From Paraspadella gotoi (lineage: Eukaryota; Animalia; Chaetognatha): a stretch of DNA of 64,000 nucleotides. Positions 14,090 to 26,054 of the stretch are shown piece by piece. Each line of letters begins with the position of its first letter. Position 1 is the first letter of the stretch. The position numbers were made by a program, and so were the translations under genes. Where the stretch lies: positions 21,436,494 through 21,500,493 of the forward strand of contig CM119263.1 of the NCBI GenBank assembly GCA_051294375.1, given 5' to 3'. Below the pieces are notes generated by a model that searched no databases, was not told the origin of the DNA, and was given only the letters and a program-made list of their open reading frames with translations.

Positions 14090-15065
14090 TTATGTCGGAT
14101 CTGCCCACGATCATTAGCGGTAATTAATTAATTAATACAAACTATATAAACTAAAAAATAATTTAATTAATAAATTAATTAATTTGATCCAAAATGTTTG
14201 TTTTTATATCTTTTTGTCACTGACCACAACAAAAGCAATGACGACAATGATGGCAACGATGACAAAAATGTCAATAACGATTGACTTGATTGATTGATTA
14301 ATTGACTAAATAATTAATTAATTTATAAATAATTTGATTGATTGAATAATTAATTAATAGATAACTATATAAATTTATTGATGGAATAATTATTTGATTG
14401 ATTAATTGACCGATTAATTATTTATTAATTAAATGACTAATTGATTAACTGATTAATTATTTGATTAAATAATACATCTTGTATTTACATTTACATTTAC
14501 ATTTAATATGAAAAAAAGCATAATCAATTAGTGAAACAGGTTTTTTTTTAAACTGCATTTCCACTCAGACGATTCCATTGAAACTTAATTTCCAGCTTAA
14601 TCACACACTTTCCTACCCTCATACAAAATTTCAAGTCAATCTCCCCGTTCAAATAGTTAAATATATATTTTTTGTTTTTTCCATTTAAACTCATTTTATC
14701 TCATTTTATTTCATCGAAACTTCATATCCAGCTCAATCACATATTTCCTTACCCACACACAAAATTTCATTTAAATCCATCCATCCAATCAGGAGCAATT
14801 AGAGTTTTTTGCTAAGGTGGGAGGGACGGACAGACAGACAGACGGACGGACGGACGGACGGACATTGTTTTCTTTTTTACATAATTTATTATAATTCGAT
14901 ATTTTGACATGATATAAATGAATGCCCGACAAGATTGAGGGGAAGCGTCAAGAAATTTTTTTTTCCAAATCGATATGTTTTTGTAGAAAAAATTTCCACA
15001 AAAATCTGTCGATTTTTTAAATCTGCTTGGCAACCAAACTTCTACTAAAATCTTGCACTCCCCTA
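14090..15065 (+). mobile_element. Non-autonomous Helitron/Helentron (DINE-1/HINE-like) repeat
   Basis: Internal duplicated core (14576-14640 ~ 14712-14775, ending caaaatttca) followed by the (GACA/GACG)n tract ggacggacagacagacagacggacggacgg at ~14823-14864, a layout typical of DINE-1-like elements. Boundaries are approximate. Confidence 0.5.
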
Positions 15066-15565
15066 GTTTTTTTCTTACAATATATTTGAGAAATATTTAT
15101 ACATTCAGTACGAGTTAAATTTAAAAAATGAGTGAGAAGGAAAAAAGATAAGAGAAGAAAGAGTATGGGTGAAAAAAGAAGGGCAGGGAGAGTGAAAAAG
15201 AGTGGAAAGAAATTATCATGAGGGGAGAAGGGTAAGAACAAGAACGATTCAAGAGAAAAGAAAAGATAAGAAAGAAGGAATACAGAGAATCTGAGAGGTA
15301 CAGAAAAGCAGAGATAGAGCGGAAGGGAAATAAAGGTAAAAGAAGAAAAGATGGGATGATACAGATAATTATGAGGGGAGAAAAGTAAAAGAAAGGGAGA
15401 GAAAGACAGAGAGAAAGAGAGAGGGATAGAGAGAAAGTTCAATAGAGAAAGAAAATAAGAAAAGAAGTGAAAAAAAAGTTTTATAATATGGCGTACCTTT
15501 TTTTGCTTAAGAAGTAGTATATCTAAAAAATATATTGTATTTTGACTTTTTTTTTGCTGTTTGAA

Positions 15566-15927
15566 TTAGTTTAGAGGTAATAACAAAAAATCCGTTGTAA
15601 CAGCAATTTAGTTTTTATTATAATGGACATGTTTCAACTCTTATTATTCACCAATTTCAAATTCACTTACTCTCCCTTTCCCTTACCTTCACCTGTCCTC
15701 ACATCTGACCACTATCCCTTACTCAATTCTTTGTTGGAAACTCTCTCTCTCTCTCTCTCTCCCTCTCTCTCTCTCTCCCTCTCTCTCTCTCTCAAATTAA
15801 TGTTAGAAATATTTGTTTATTGATTTCATTTGCTGATTAAGACTCGTAATAAGAGTCGAAACATGTTCATTATAATAAAAACTAAATTGCTGTTACAACG
15901 GATTTTTCGTTATTACCTCTAAACTAA
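15566..15927 (+). mobile_element. Inverted-repeat element (81-bp arms, ~200-bp spacer), probable Penelope-like element remnant with a degenerate hammerhead
   Basis: 15566-15646 is the reverse complement of 15847-15927 with about 3 mismatches. At 15833-15866 the sequence reads CTGATTA-a-GACTC(gtaataa)GAGTC-GAAACATGTT. Confidence 0.65.
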
Positions 15928-17221
15928 AAAATATAACATATGTTATGAGCAATTTAATTTTTAAAAGTTGTTCTTACCATGAAAAATTGTTTTAGTTTCT
16001 TCTTAATTAAGGCTGATACCATAATTAAAATGATTGTCGTAAAAGAAATTATGTCTTACAATATTTTTAAAGCATAGAAATTTACCCAGTGAGTTCTATA
16101 TTATAAGGAAAAAATAACTATAGCCAACCATTTTTTTAAATAAAGAGTGTTTCATATTTATCAGTGGGAAAAAAAGAAATAATAGTTATGTAAGTTCCAA
16201 TTTCATTATTAAAAATACCCAAATCAAAATCACTGCAATTAAAAAAACTAATTTTATAAGGTATACATTTTTTTAAGAATTACTTTTTTATATTTTAGTT
16301 ATTTTTTTATAAAAGAATTTTATTTATTCCACTGATTTTAACTGCTTAAGTTAAGGAGTTAACAAACTCTAATTAAATTCAGCTTTTATTTCTTATTTCA
16401 CATACATATACACATACATATATAAAATATAAAATTTCTATTTTAGACTGAAAGCCGAAAATGATACATGGCATCAAAAAATATCGAATTCGCGCCAGTC
16501 ACCGACCGGGATCTCTGTTCTGCGTATTTTTTTTTTTTCTCATCGATCTGACACTCTTCGTCCCAGGAGCCGCAGCGGCAGCTCGACCGACTTCAGCCGC
16601 GGCGGCGGCATCGACGGCGGCAGCCTCGTATGCGGCGGCCGAGCAAAAAAAAGTATCCAGCAGCCCCAGCGTTTAACGCCGTAGAGAGATACCCGACGTT
16701 GCGGAGCGGGGGCGAGGCGGCCGCGGCCAGCAGCGGAGGAAGCAGGCAGCCGCGGGGCGTGCGGCGACTCCGCCCCTCAAACAACGTTTTATGGTCCTTC
16801 CTGCGCCTGGAATCAGATGCACATTGACCTCGTAGAAGAGGGAGGAGGAGGAGGAAGAAGAAGAAAGTATAAAAAGAAAGAGAGAAGCAAGAGACTCGCT
16901 CTTTTGTTTTTTCACTCTGCGTCTGGAATTTAATATAATATTTAAAAGACAAGATGTCATTTTAAAAAACAATATAAATTGCATTGTCTAAAAACAATTT
17001 CGCGGAGAGCTTGTAAAAATGTGTAGATTCCGTAGCGAACAATTTTCTTTGATTGTATCGTATTTGACATTTTGACAATTTGACAACTTTACAATTTGAC
17101 AGTTGGACAATTTTGACATTTTGCGTATTTCGCGTTTCGTCGTCGAATCTTATTATAAATTCATTTTGCGTAGTAAATCAAATACTACCGAGTAGTTTAT
17201 CAAATATACAATATATGTATG

Positions 17222-17279
17222 GAATGAATGAATGAATGAATGAATGAATGAATGAATGAATGAATGAATGAATGAATGA
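17222..17279 (+). repeat. (GAAT)n microsatellite
   Basis: Read directly from the sequence. Confidence 0.95.
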
Positions 17280-17997
17280 TTGTATCAGGGATATCGATAA
17301 ATTTNNNNNNNNNNGAATGAATGAATGTATCAGTGATATCGATAAATTTACGTATCAATGTACTTATTCTACGCAATATTGTATTCTTACGATTTACAAT
17401 TACAGCGACTTAAATCGAAGCTAACTTCCCGATCTAAACCGTTCCTCTTGGTTCGCTTCGGGGTTTCTCCGCGAGAAATTAATCTTCATATCGAAACTAG
17501 TTTTCCAGTTCCGTCGGTGAATAGGAATTCTGTCGACCCCAACTCACCTACCCTACCCAACCCTACTTCCCCAACCCCTTCCTCCAGCACACCCATTGTA
17601 CAGAAAAATAAAAGAAACTTCCCGGGTCTTGAAAAAACACTATCTCTGTTTTTCTTTATCTTCCTCCCTTCCTCTCTTCCTCCCATTTCCTCTCTTCCTC
17701 CGCACATCCATAAAAACTGAGGAAAAACACTGGGAATGGAAACGTAACCATTCTCAACCTTGGAATCATCAATCTTTTCTCTCGTTTTTTTTTCCTTTCT
17801 CCTCTCTCTCTCTCTCTGTCTCTCTTCTCTCCTCTCTCCTCTCTCTCTCTCTCTCTCTTCTGTATCCTCTCTCTCACTCAGTATGTTTCCTTATATTTTA
17901 TCATTTTTTTCATTCGCTGCTATTTTTCATGATCAACTCTCTAGGGGGCAGAAATATATTAAAAAAATGAAAACTGTCTCTGCGAATCACTCTCTCT

Positions 17998-18040
<43 letters not shown>

Positions 18041-18636
18041 CATTTTTTCTCATTTCCAATTCTAATTCCTACTCGGACGAGATAAAGTAATGCCTGGAAT
18101 ATGGAAAAACTTTTTTTCCATTTTATCTTCATCACTTTTTTTATTTTATTTAATATTCTTTTATTCTTTTTCACTAGTTATCTTTTTTTGCAATTTTTTG
18201 GCCATTTTCTTAAGAAATCACTTCAAAATACTATTCCTTTTCATTTCTTCTCTTATTCACATTTTATTCCAAATTTTCTCTCTTTTTCCCCCAAAGCTTT
18301 AACCTACATGATAAAAAAATGAAGGGCACAATGTAATATCGCGTCATTATTTCATCGCCTCCTTTTTCACTCTCTATCTNNNNNNNNNNNNNNNNNNNNN
18401 NNNNNNNNNNNNNNNNNNNNNNNNNNNNNNNNNNNNNNNNNNNNNNNNNNNNNNNNNNNNNNNNNNNNNNNNNNNNNNNNNNTCTCTTTCCTTTCTATCT
18501 CGACTCGCGCACGCCCAATGTTGTTTTCTGCTTGGCCGGCAGCGGCCCGGCATCGGCCGCCAAGCAGCGCCGCCCGCTCAAAAAACTCGCCGGCCGCGGC
18601 GGCGCAGGAGAGTTTTTCTGCGCCGGCCCCCGCGTA

Positions 18637-18649
18637 TCACGTGACGTCA
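18637..18649. promoter_or_regulatory. Overlapping E-box/CRE composite (TCACGTGACGTCA) within a CpG-rich island
   Basis: TCACGTGA at 18637-18644 overlaps TGACGTCA at 18642-18649. Confidence 0.4.
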
Positions 18650-18789
18650 TGAGCCTTTTTTCCGGCGAAAAAGAGAAAGTTTTGGACGAGTTTTCGCTCA
18701 CGTCTCTCTCTCTATCTATCTCTCTCCCTTCGCTTTTTTTATTTCAAGTTCGGTTCACCGGGTGTGGAAAAAACATTGACGCAGGACTG

Positions 18790-18841
<52 letters not shown>

Positions 18842-19301
18842 ATGCCGCACGTTGTAATTACATCCTGATCGGTTTCGCAATTATTTTCATAATCAATAAA
18901 GGCAGGAATCCCTTCGTTGTTTCTTTTTTTCTTTCCACTTTTTTAATTTTTTTTCCTCTTTCCTCCGCGACCATTTTCCAATTTTCTTTCATTCCTCTAT
19001 TATTTCATATTATTTTTAGTGTCTTTTTGTTTTTTTACCTTTCCCCTTTTTTTTTCTCCTCTATACTTATTACTTTATTTCCCCTTTCTCCTTAGATTCC
19101 GCCGCCTTCTTCAATCTAAATAAAAAACCTCCGTTTTTTCCGCCGCAGCAGCGACGGCGACAGCGACGGCAAAACGCAGCCGCACTTTTCTCTCTCGGGT
19201 GATATATATCCCATAGCAAAAATGGCCTACTTTTTCCTCCTGTAAATTTGCTCTCCTGCTGCCAATGAGAGGCCATCTCTCTCCCGTAGCCACCGTCACC
19301 A

Positions 19302-19358
<57 letters not shown>

Positions 19359-19803
19359 CTCTTTCCTCTCTCCTCTCTCCTCTCTCCTCTCTCCTTCCGA
19401 AAAACACATCAGCTGCGCTTACATTAGGATAAGTCAGGGGCTACATTTTCGGCAGAAAAAAAATGGAGGAAAAGAAGGAAGATTTTTTTTTTTGGTCGGA
19501 GATTCTGCGAGTTGAAAAAATTAGGAGGTGCAGAGGAAATGAGGTGCAGAGGGAATGAGCCTGATTTGAAAAAGGGAGGTGCTGAGGAGCGAAATCGAGG
19601 AGAAGCTCAGGTGCGAGAATAGCGGAGGCTGAGGACTTGGTACTTGTGATTAACATTAACATTAACATTAACATTTACATCACAAAACCATTAGCGCATG
19701 TTTTTGTCCTTTTTGAACGATGTACATCAGTCATATTGTACTTTATTTTAGTTTTAGAGATGTTTGAAATGAATTTTCAACAACGATTTTATTTTTATTA
19801 AAA

Positions 19804-19845
19804 AACGGACATGTTTCGGCTTAACTACAAGCCTTCATCAGCATT
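19804..19845 (-). ncRNA. Minimal type I hammerhead ribozyme motif (mirror copy)
   Basis: Exact reverse complement of 19859-19900 (aacggacatgtttcggcttaactacaagccttcatcagcatt). Confidence 0.7.
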
Positions 19846-19858
19846 AAAAAACTTTTTT

Positions 19859-19900
19859 AATGCTGATGAAGGCTTGTAGTTAAGCCGAAACATGTCCGTT
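19859..19900 (+). ncRNA. Minimal type I hammerhead ribozyme motif
   Basis: aatg-CTGATGA-a-GGCTT(gtagtt)AAGCC-GAAA-catg-TC/cgtt: conserved core, 5-bp stem II, palindromic ACATGT stem III, GUC site at 19894-19896 and a short stem I (aatg/cgtt). Confidence 0.7.
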
Positions 19901-20366
19901 TTTTATTAAAAATAAAATCGTTGTTGAAAATTCATTTCAAACTTTTCTAATTATTACACAACGAAAAGAAAGGATTATACCACAAAGTTTTAGAGATAAA
20001 AAGCAAAACGTGTTTTTGTCTTTTTATGAAATTGGTACAACCAACATAATGTAAGTAAAAAATTTAATAATCTGATGGAAGCCGAAAAAAATTCAGATTT
20101 TTTTTCCTCGTTGTTTTGGTAGCTCGGCTGCCAAGCCCCCTCTTCCGCCCCCCCCCAAAAAAAAAATAAAGAAAAGATAGAAAAAAGAAAAAAGAAAAAA
20201 GCTTCTCCTCGACATTGCGGAAAAAAACGTGGCACACGTTCGTGCATTTGAAATATTCGTTTTACGGAAAACCCAAACAAAAGAAAAACAAAAAGCGATA
20301 AAAAAATTACAAGGGAGAGAGAGAGAGAGAGAGAGAGAGAGNNNNNNNNNNNNNNNNNNNNNNNNN

Positions 20367-20408
<42 letters not shown>

Positions 20409-20517
20409 TAAAAGAAAACAAAAAACGGGGAAAGCGATAAAAAGAAACAAAAAGGAGCGGAGAAATAAAAACAGAAAAAGGATGGAATGGAAAATGATGA
20501 AAAAACATGGCGCCCAC

Positions 20518-20575
<58 letters not shown>

Positions 20576-20796
20576 GAGAGAGAAGAGATAGAGAGAGAGA
20601 AAAAGATGAAAGCTCGAAACAAAGGGAAACGAAAAAAAACAACACAAAGATAAACCAAAGAGGATTTTTGTTTCGTGTTTCTCGTGGGTAAAGTTAACAT
20701 TGAAACATTTTTGAGATGATGTCGTTTCATTGCAATATTGCAATATGGTTTTGCGAGAGAAAGGAAAGGAGGGATAGAAAAAAGAAGAAAGATATT

Positions 20797-20855
<59 letters not shown>

Positions 20856-23849
20856 GAGAGAAATTAAAAGAAAGAATAGATAGAGAGAAAGAGAGTGTAG
20901 AATATTTTTTACTTCGTTCGTAAACTGATCTTTTGTTTACTCCCGCAGTTCGCGAGAAACCAGTCTTTTCTCTCTCGTACCTATTTTTTAATTCGGTTTC
21001 ACAGACGATATCCTGCACGTTTACGTTTTGCTGCTTCGAATTTAATGCAAATTCTCTGCTTATTCAACGCCGTTTATTTCGAAAAGTTAAATGTATATTT
21101 TTTATGCTTATGTAATCGCCAAATTTCTATAAAGTTCGACGTGTATACCAGGTCCGTTTTAATGGTTCTTAACTCGTTTTTAATAAGTTTTTAATGCGTT
21201 TATAATTCGAACATTTTATATAGAATCGCTTGTATAATCTGTTTACATCCAAGCGCTGCTTTCGTCGATCCCTTTCCGACGCTTTTCCGAAGCTTTTCCG
21301 ATGCCTTTTCCGATGCATTACGGCTGCCCTTACGATTTTATTAGCGAATTCATTATGGTTCTATACAATTGGATGTTTGCTTATTTTGAACGTTTATACT
21401 ATCGTTATGTTTATGTTATATTACAAAAATAGTATGATGCTAACTGTAAAACACGCTTCAATGCTTAAAGTCATACAAAGTGATTATAGCCCGCACCTAG
21501 GTTTAGTAGGAAAACCTAACATTTTCTGAGACTGAGTTTACTATTCCGTCTCATCATTCCGTTTAGGCATTGTCAATGCTAATTTGCACTGCGACACTCT
21601 CCTTTTTATACATGCAACGATCAACCTATGTAGTAGTCCTGGTCAGGATGGATGACGACCCAGGACGATCTGCGAATTGCAGTTACATAATGGCCATGAT
21701 CAGTGCCTTATCAGAGGATCCAAATTTTCAGTCTAGATCCGCACGTTGAAGATCCATTAAGTCACCTCTGCGCTGGCAGGAAGTAAGGTTTCTATCTCTG
21801 GAAGTTGTAATTATGCCAGAATTTCTCTGAAATACCAACAGTTTGCCAGATTGAACAAGGTTGTCTTAGTGAGAGTTATCACTTAAGTATTAGGCTGTGA
21901 GTTTTAACATGGCTCTTGCCTTTAGCATGATGATCTGAGACTACGAGGGGAACATGTTCTCGCATGACGTGAGTGATTACTACACATCTGAAACCTGTGT
22001 CTACATGTATGAATGTTATTTAACGCACAGCTAAAGAGACCATTCATGTATGGCGATCTGATTAGCAAGCTGTTTACGATCATGCTCCACACTAAAGCCT
22101 CTATGACTCGTCCCTCCAGCAGTTGACCAAATTCTGCACATCAGATAGCCCGATACCGTGGCAAGATGATACTCCGCTTCAAGTTCTGTACACTTGGTCG
22201 AGCTCTGCGAAAACTGAAGCATGGATCTATACGTATGGCCACATAGCCGCCATTGCCACACGGACAGAACACGCTCCAGAGACGTATTGCACGGTACAGG
22301 CTCATACAGATACGAACAGATGTAGGTGCTTGAATCGCCCCAAGTCTACGCGTTCTAGCCTCCCCATTAAATCTATCTCCGTTATAATAATGTCTTGCAC
22401 TCATCGCGATTATCCTCAAAGATGGTTAACATGTCACCGCATGCATCCACATTGCTTACGTCTGTAAGTCAGGGCTGTGCGTGACATGGCAGCAGCTGAT
22501 GTGCGGTATGTGCTTGATGACACGAGTGATGTAATCAAGCGTGTGTTACCAATATGCATTGGGTCATAACATTGCGAATCGTACAGAGACGTGGTCGATA
22601 TGGAGTACACGGAGTGGATACCGCAGTAAGCTATGAAAGGTGTTGGGCGTACGTCATGCAAGTTCATGAGAGTTTTAGAGTGCAGATAGGTAGATAGCTC
22701 TCTCGCAGCACGTGTTAGTCATATAGTTATCTGGCTTAAACCTAATTGACTGCTATCGCTGTAATGTATGATACCAAAGAGGAAGCAGATTATGTATTCT
22801 GACTAGGAGATAAATCTGACTGTCAGGTAAAGCCATCTTCTGGCCATGGCTGCTGCCATAAAGCTTTAGCAAGTTCTCCGCAGCCCTAGATCCAGCGTCC
22901 TAATTGCATTTTTTCTGGAGACTTGCTAGATGCACTAATCTCCGATTATATACACTTGCACCCAGTCAGTACCGTTTCTTGATTACAGCGACCTCTCATA
23001 CAATGCAAATGCCTTTCGTCCTCAGCATTCAGTTCAGGCCTATGTAGAGCCTAGAGGTGTGCAAGCATGACCTTATGATGCTCGGAATCATGAGTGTATC
23101 TTAATCCGCACCATGCATCTTAGTCGGTAACCATCGTTGTTGGTTGTACCACAATAAGTCAGTTGTAAGACGCGACTAACCTGTCCAGCGTGATGAATGG
23201 CATACCGGATGGCAGGGGCGTACTTCTCTGGTACAGTGCATTGAACAGTCCATATCTTGTACTGTGAAGCATTACCGAGTTGGCTGTATTGCTCCGGTGG
23301 CATCGGTAAGTGACGATGAATTGTGTAACATGGAGCTTGATCCAGACCTTATCGCGACCGAATATTACTGAAAAGATATCTGCTGGCGCGGATATGGCTA
23401 GAGTGCAAAACTATCTTTAAACAGATATGGGTTTGGCAAAAGCGTACATCCCGACAGGATTGCTTTAAGAAGTCCTTGAACGGTCCTCCTATTAAGTACT
23501 AAGGATCATGCTGCGATTTGGAGATTGGTTCTCTCAACTGAAGATGCACCTGGAGTCGCTCAGTGAGGGGTGACCTTTCACTCACGTTCACTGGCAGCGA
23601 GAGATATAAGCAGGCCTTCAATTCGAATCATTAAATTTAGTCCAGCTTAATTGAATTTATTCAAGAACGTGGAGACCTTTGAAGATCTTATTGGAATTTC
23701 TGTGCAATGTCAAAGCCAACGTCTTGGTGCAAATTTTGGTGCGTGCCATTATGGACAAACGTTTCACTGACCCAGAAGCTCGGCGTCAAGGCGTGGCGGT
23801 AACCTATCCAGCCTGCAATGATGGCCGCTGTGAATCCAGAGATGATGCA

Positions 23850-24070
23850 CCAGAAATGTTATTGTTTGTTCTTGAGTCAAATGACCATGTAAATTGTACC
23901 GCTGTGATAATATTTATTAGCCACTTTGTCAAGATCGAATTTTCCATGAAGAAAACTGGCTTGTGTTTCGATGCCTTTCCCCACACAAAATTGGTGATTG
24001 TAAGTCTACTGGGGCTTTGCAAAAACGATGCAACACAAAGCTTCAGAACACGACTAATGCTGCATCGAGA
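23850..24070 (+). pseudogene. BEL/Pao Gag C-terminal zinc-knuckle cluster
   Basis: C..C...H....C-like motif followed by KKTGLCFRCL.PHKIGDCKS and a final ...LMLH, reconstructed across indels; this arrangement is typical of BEL Gag. Confidence 0.7.
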
Positions 24071-24189
24071 TTTTACTGAGAATAATTCCTGCGCCATCTA
24101 ATCCTGTTAATACTCCTCAAGTTGCTCATCAGTTACCACCTGCAACTCTCCAGTGAATTCAATGAATGTGTTTGGAACATTTACAGCAG

Positions 24190-24690
24190 TTGTGGCACTT
24201 CGTGTATCAAATCCTGAAATGGTAAATTTGTCTATACTTTATGCTTTGTTGGATTCCGGATTCTACATTACTTGCTGCTCAGAATTTATACCTATGCTCT
24301 GGAAAATAAGTCCTGACCTGAGGTTATTGAATTGTCTACCATTGAAAGATTTAGTTCTTGCAAGAAAAGTCTGTGATATACAGATATTGTCATTGACCTC
24401 CATTCCTAAGTCTGAATTCCTGTTACCCAGCCCCCACACTATGGTGCAATTAACATCCTAGTAGCTCATCTTCTATTCCCACAAACGACCCGTAACAAGA
24501 TTTGCCATTTGAAAGATGTATCTCTCACAGAACTACCCCCAGTATAAGAGACAAGTAAAAATGCTTATTGGTACAGATCTTAGGAATAAGGTCTCTCCCC
24601 TCTGACAATGGAATTCAGCCGCGGAACCCTTGTCTACTCCTCTGCTATCCAACCACACATGGGGAATGGCACATTATAGGCCCTGATGGT
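24190..24690 (+). pseudogene. BEL/Pao aspartic protease domain
   Basis: RVSNPE...YALLDSG is visible in ORF 24153..24461, followed by V-KMLIGTD and a T.GW.I.GP-like motif at ~24657-24683. Confidence 0.75.
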
Positions 24691-25084
24691 GGGAAATCAT
24701 GGTAGGTCTGTCACTTGTGCCTTTATTTTCAAACAGACTCACTGCCTGTGAGAAGAGGCTTTAGGTGTCAATTCGGATTGTTGATAATGATCTCTTCACG
24801 TTTTCCCCAAGCCAATTAAAGCTTGATAAAGAAAGACTCGTCGGCCATTCTATGCCCTGATTGCTTCACATTTTGACACCATTGGAATTCCTCTCCACCT
24901 GTATGGTTGAGTGAAGACGCATTCTGCAAGAATTATTCCTCAACATTGGATGCGGATGAAACGCTCGATATGCTGATGAGCTTATTACAAATATTCAAAA
25001 TGGTCGCAAATCCCTTTTTCAATTGGAAAAAGTGAAAATTCCCCGTGGTTTGGCTCCCCTTTGGCTATCTGATTCATTTCGACA

Positions 25085-25510
25085 CGTTGCATTTTTCTCT
25101 GATGCATCAGAAACAGGGATATGGAAGTGTTGATATACATTAGAAAGTTGACGAGGGCGGCTTATTCATACAGCTTTGGTTACTGCAAAAATCTCGCGTT
25201 GCCCTCTCATGTATCAGCAGGAGCTAAATTCAGTTCTATTCCCCGCTTGAATTATGTGCTGCAGTTGTTTCTGTTGACATTTTTGAATTCCTCCATCATG
25301 AGCTGACTCAAAAAAATTGATAAGACATTCTTTGGGTAGATGCTACATGCGTGTTGCCGCCAATAAGAAATCGCTTCTGCTCGCTATCCTCCATTTGTAA
25401 TTACAATCGCATTCAAAAGATTTTGTGTAAAAACAGATTTCCACAATTGGAATTATGCTGCCCTATCTGATACAGAACCCTGCTGGCTTATGTAGTCGTG
25501 GATTCTCTGC
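25085..25510 (+). pseudogene. BEL/Pao RNase H domain
   Basis: HxFSDASETGYGSVxYIR, AKxR, IPRLELCAAV and FWVDATCVL, then W...NPA...SRG, reconstructed across frameshifts. Confidence 0.8.
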
Positions 25511-26054
25511 TGACGACGATACTTCATGGAAGTTTTTTTTCTCAAAAAAGGAGGTTTTATTCTCAAACCAGAAGAGGAATGGCAGCAATCATTAGACAAA
25601 GATTTTTGGAAAACTGAAAGACAAAATTGACATTGCTGCTCAAGAAAATGTTCAAACCACTCCACCTTCCAATTCATCTCTGGATTAACCAAAATTGCAG
25701 AACGTGTATCCCAATGGAAACAAGCTTTTATTCATGTCAGTTGGTTGGTACGATTTACTCCAGTATATTTGGCTCATAAGTATTCCAAAAGTAAAAACCC
25801 TTCTCCCCCCTCATCCGGCCGACACGGGTCAGATGAGCTCAAGGCAATGCCCAATCCCTTGTCTTCATTTGACCAAAAAGAGCATTCTCATCTGAGTACA
25901 ATTTATTACAAAGTCTTTGATACGAATACTAATTAACGAAATTTGGGAAAACAAAGATCCCTTTGCTCAAGTTCAGTCGGCTCAGAACACCTTGATCCAT
26001 TTCTCCAAGATGATATTACCGTGTTGGTGACGCCTCAAAATGCCATGATCTCAA

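Larger units (their letters stand above)
19762..19942. mobile_element. Near-perfect 181-bp palindrome, probable inverted pseudo-LTR remnant of a Penelope-like element
   Basis: Two 90-bp arms centred on c19852 with one mismatch by manual comparison; each arm carries a hammerhead core followed by an AATAAA-like tract. Confidence 0.75.

Noticed and set aside
16461-16984. GC-rich Ala/Arg-rich overlapping ORFs
   Set aside because: Low-complexity GCN/CGG island with no recognisable motif or clear splice frame; similar islands at ~45230, ~47140, ~59420 and ~63300 look non-coding.
17281-17349. 24-bp direct repeat around a 10-N gap
   Set aside because: Overlapping contig ends; an assembly artefact.
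19990-21018. 342-aa ORF and the many similar SLSLSL/RERERE/FFLSFF ORFs
   Set aside because: These are translations of GA/TC and AAAG microsatellites, often crossing N gaps, with no domain-like content.
20930-21180. Possible 5' LTR and primer-binding site of the BEL element
   Set aside because: There is no second LTR to compare and no clean tRNA-complementary PBS.
21600-21710. Possible PHD finger at the BEL Gag N-terminus
   Set aside because: Cys/His codons are present but the spacing cannot be reconstructed through the indels.
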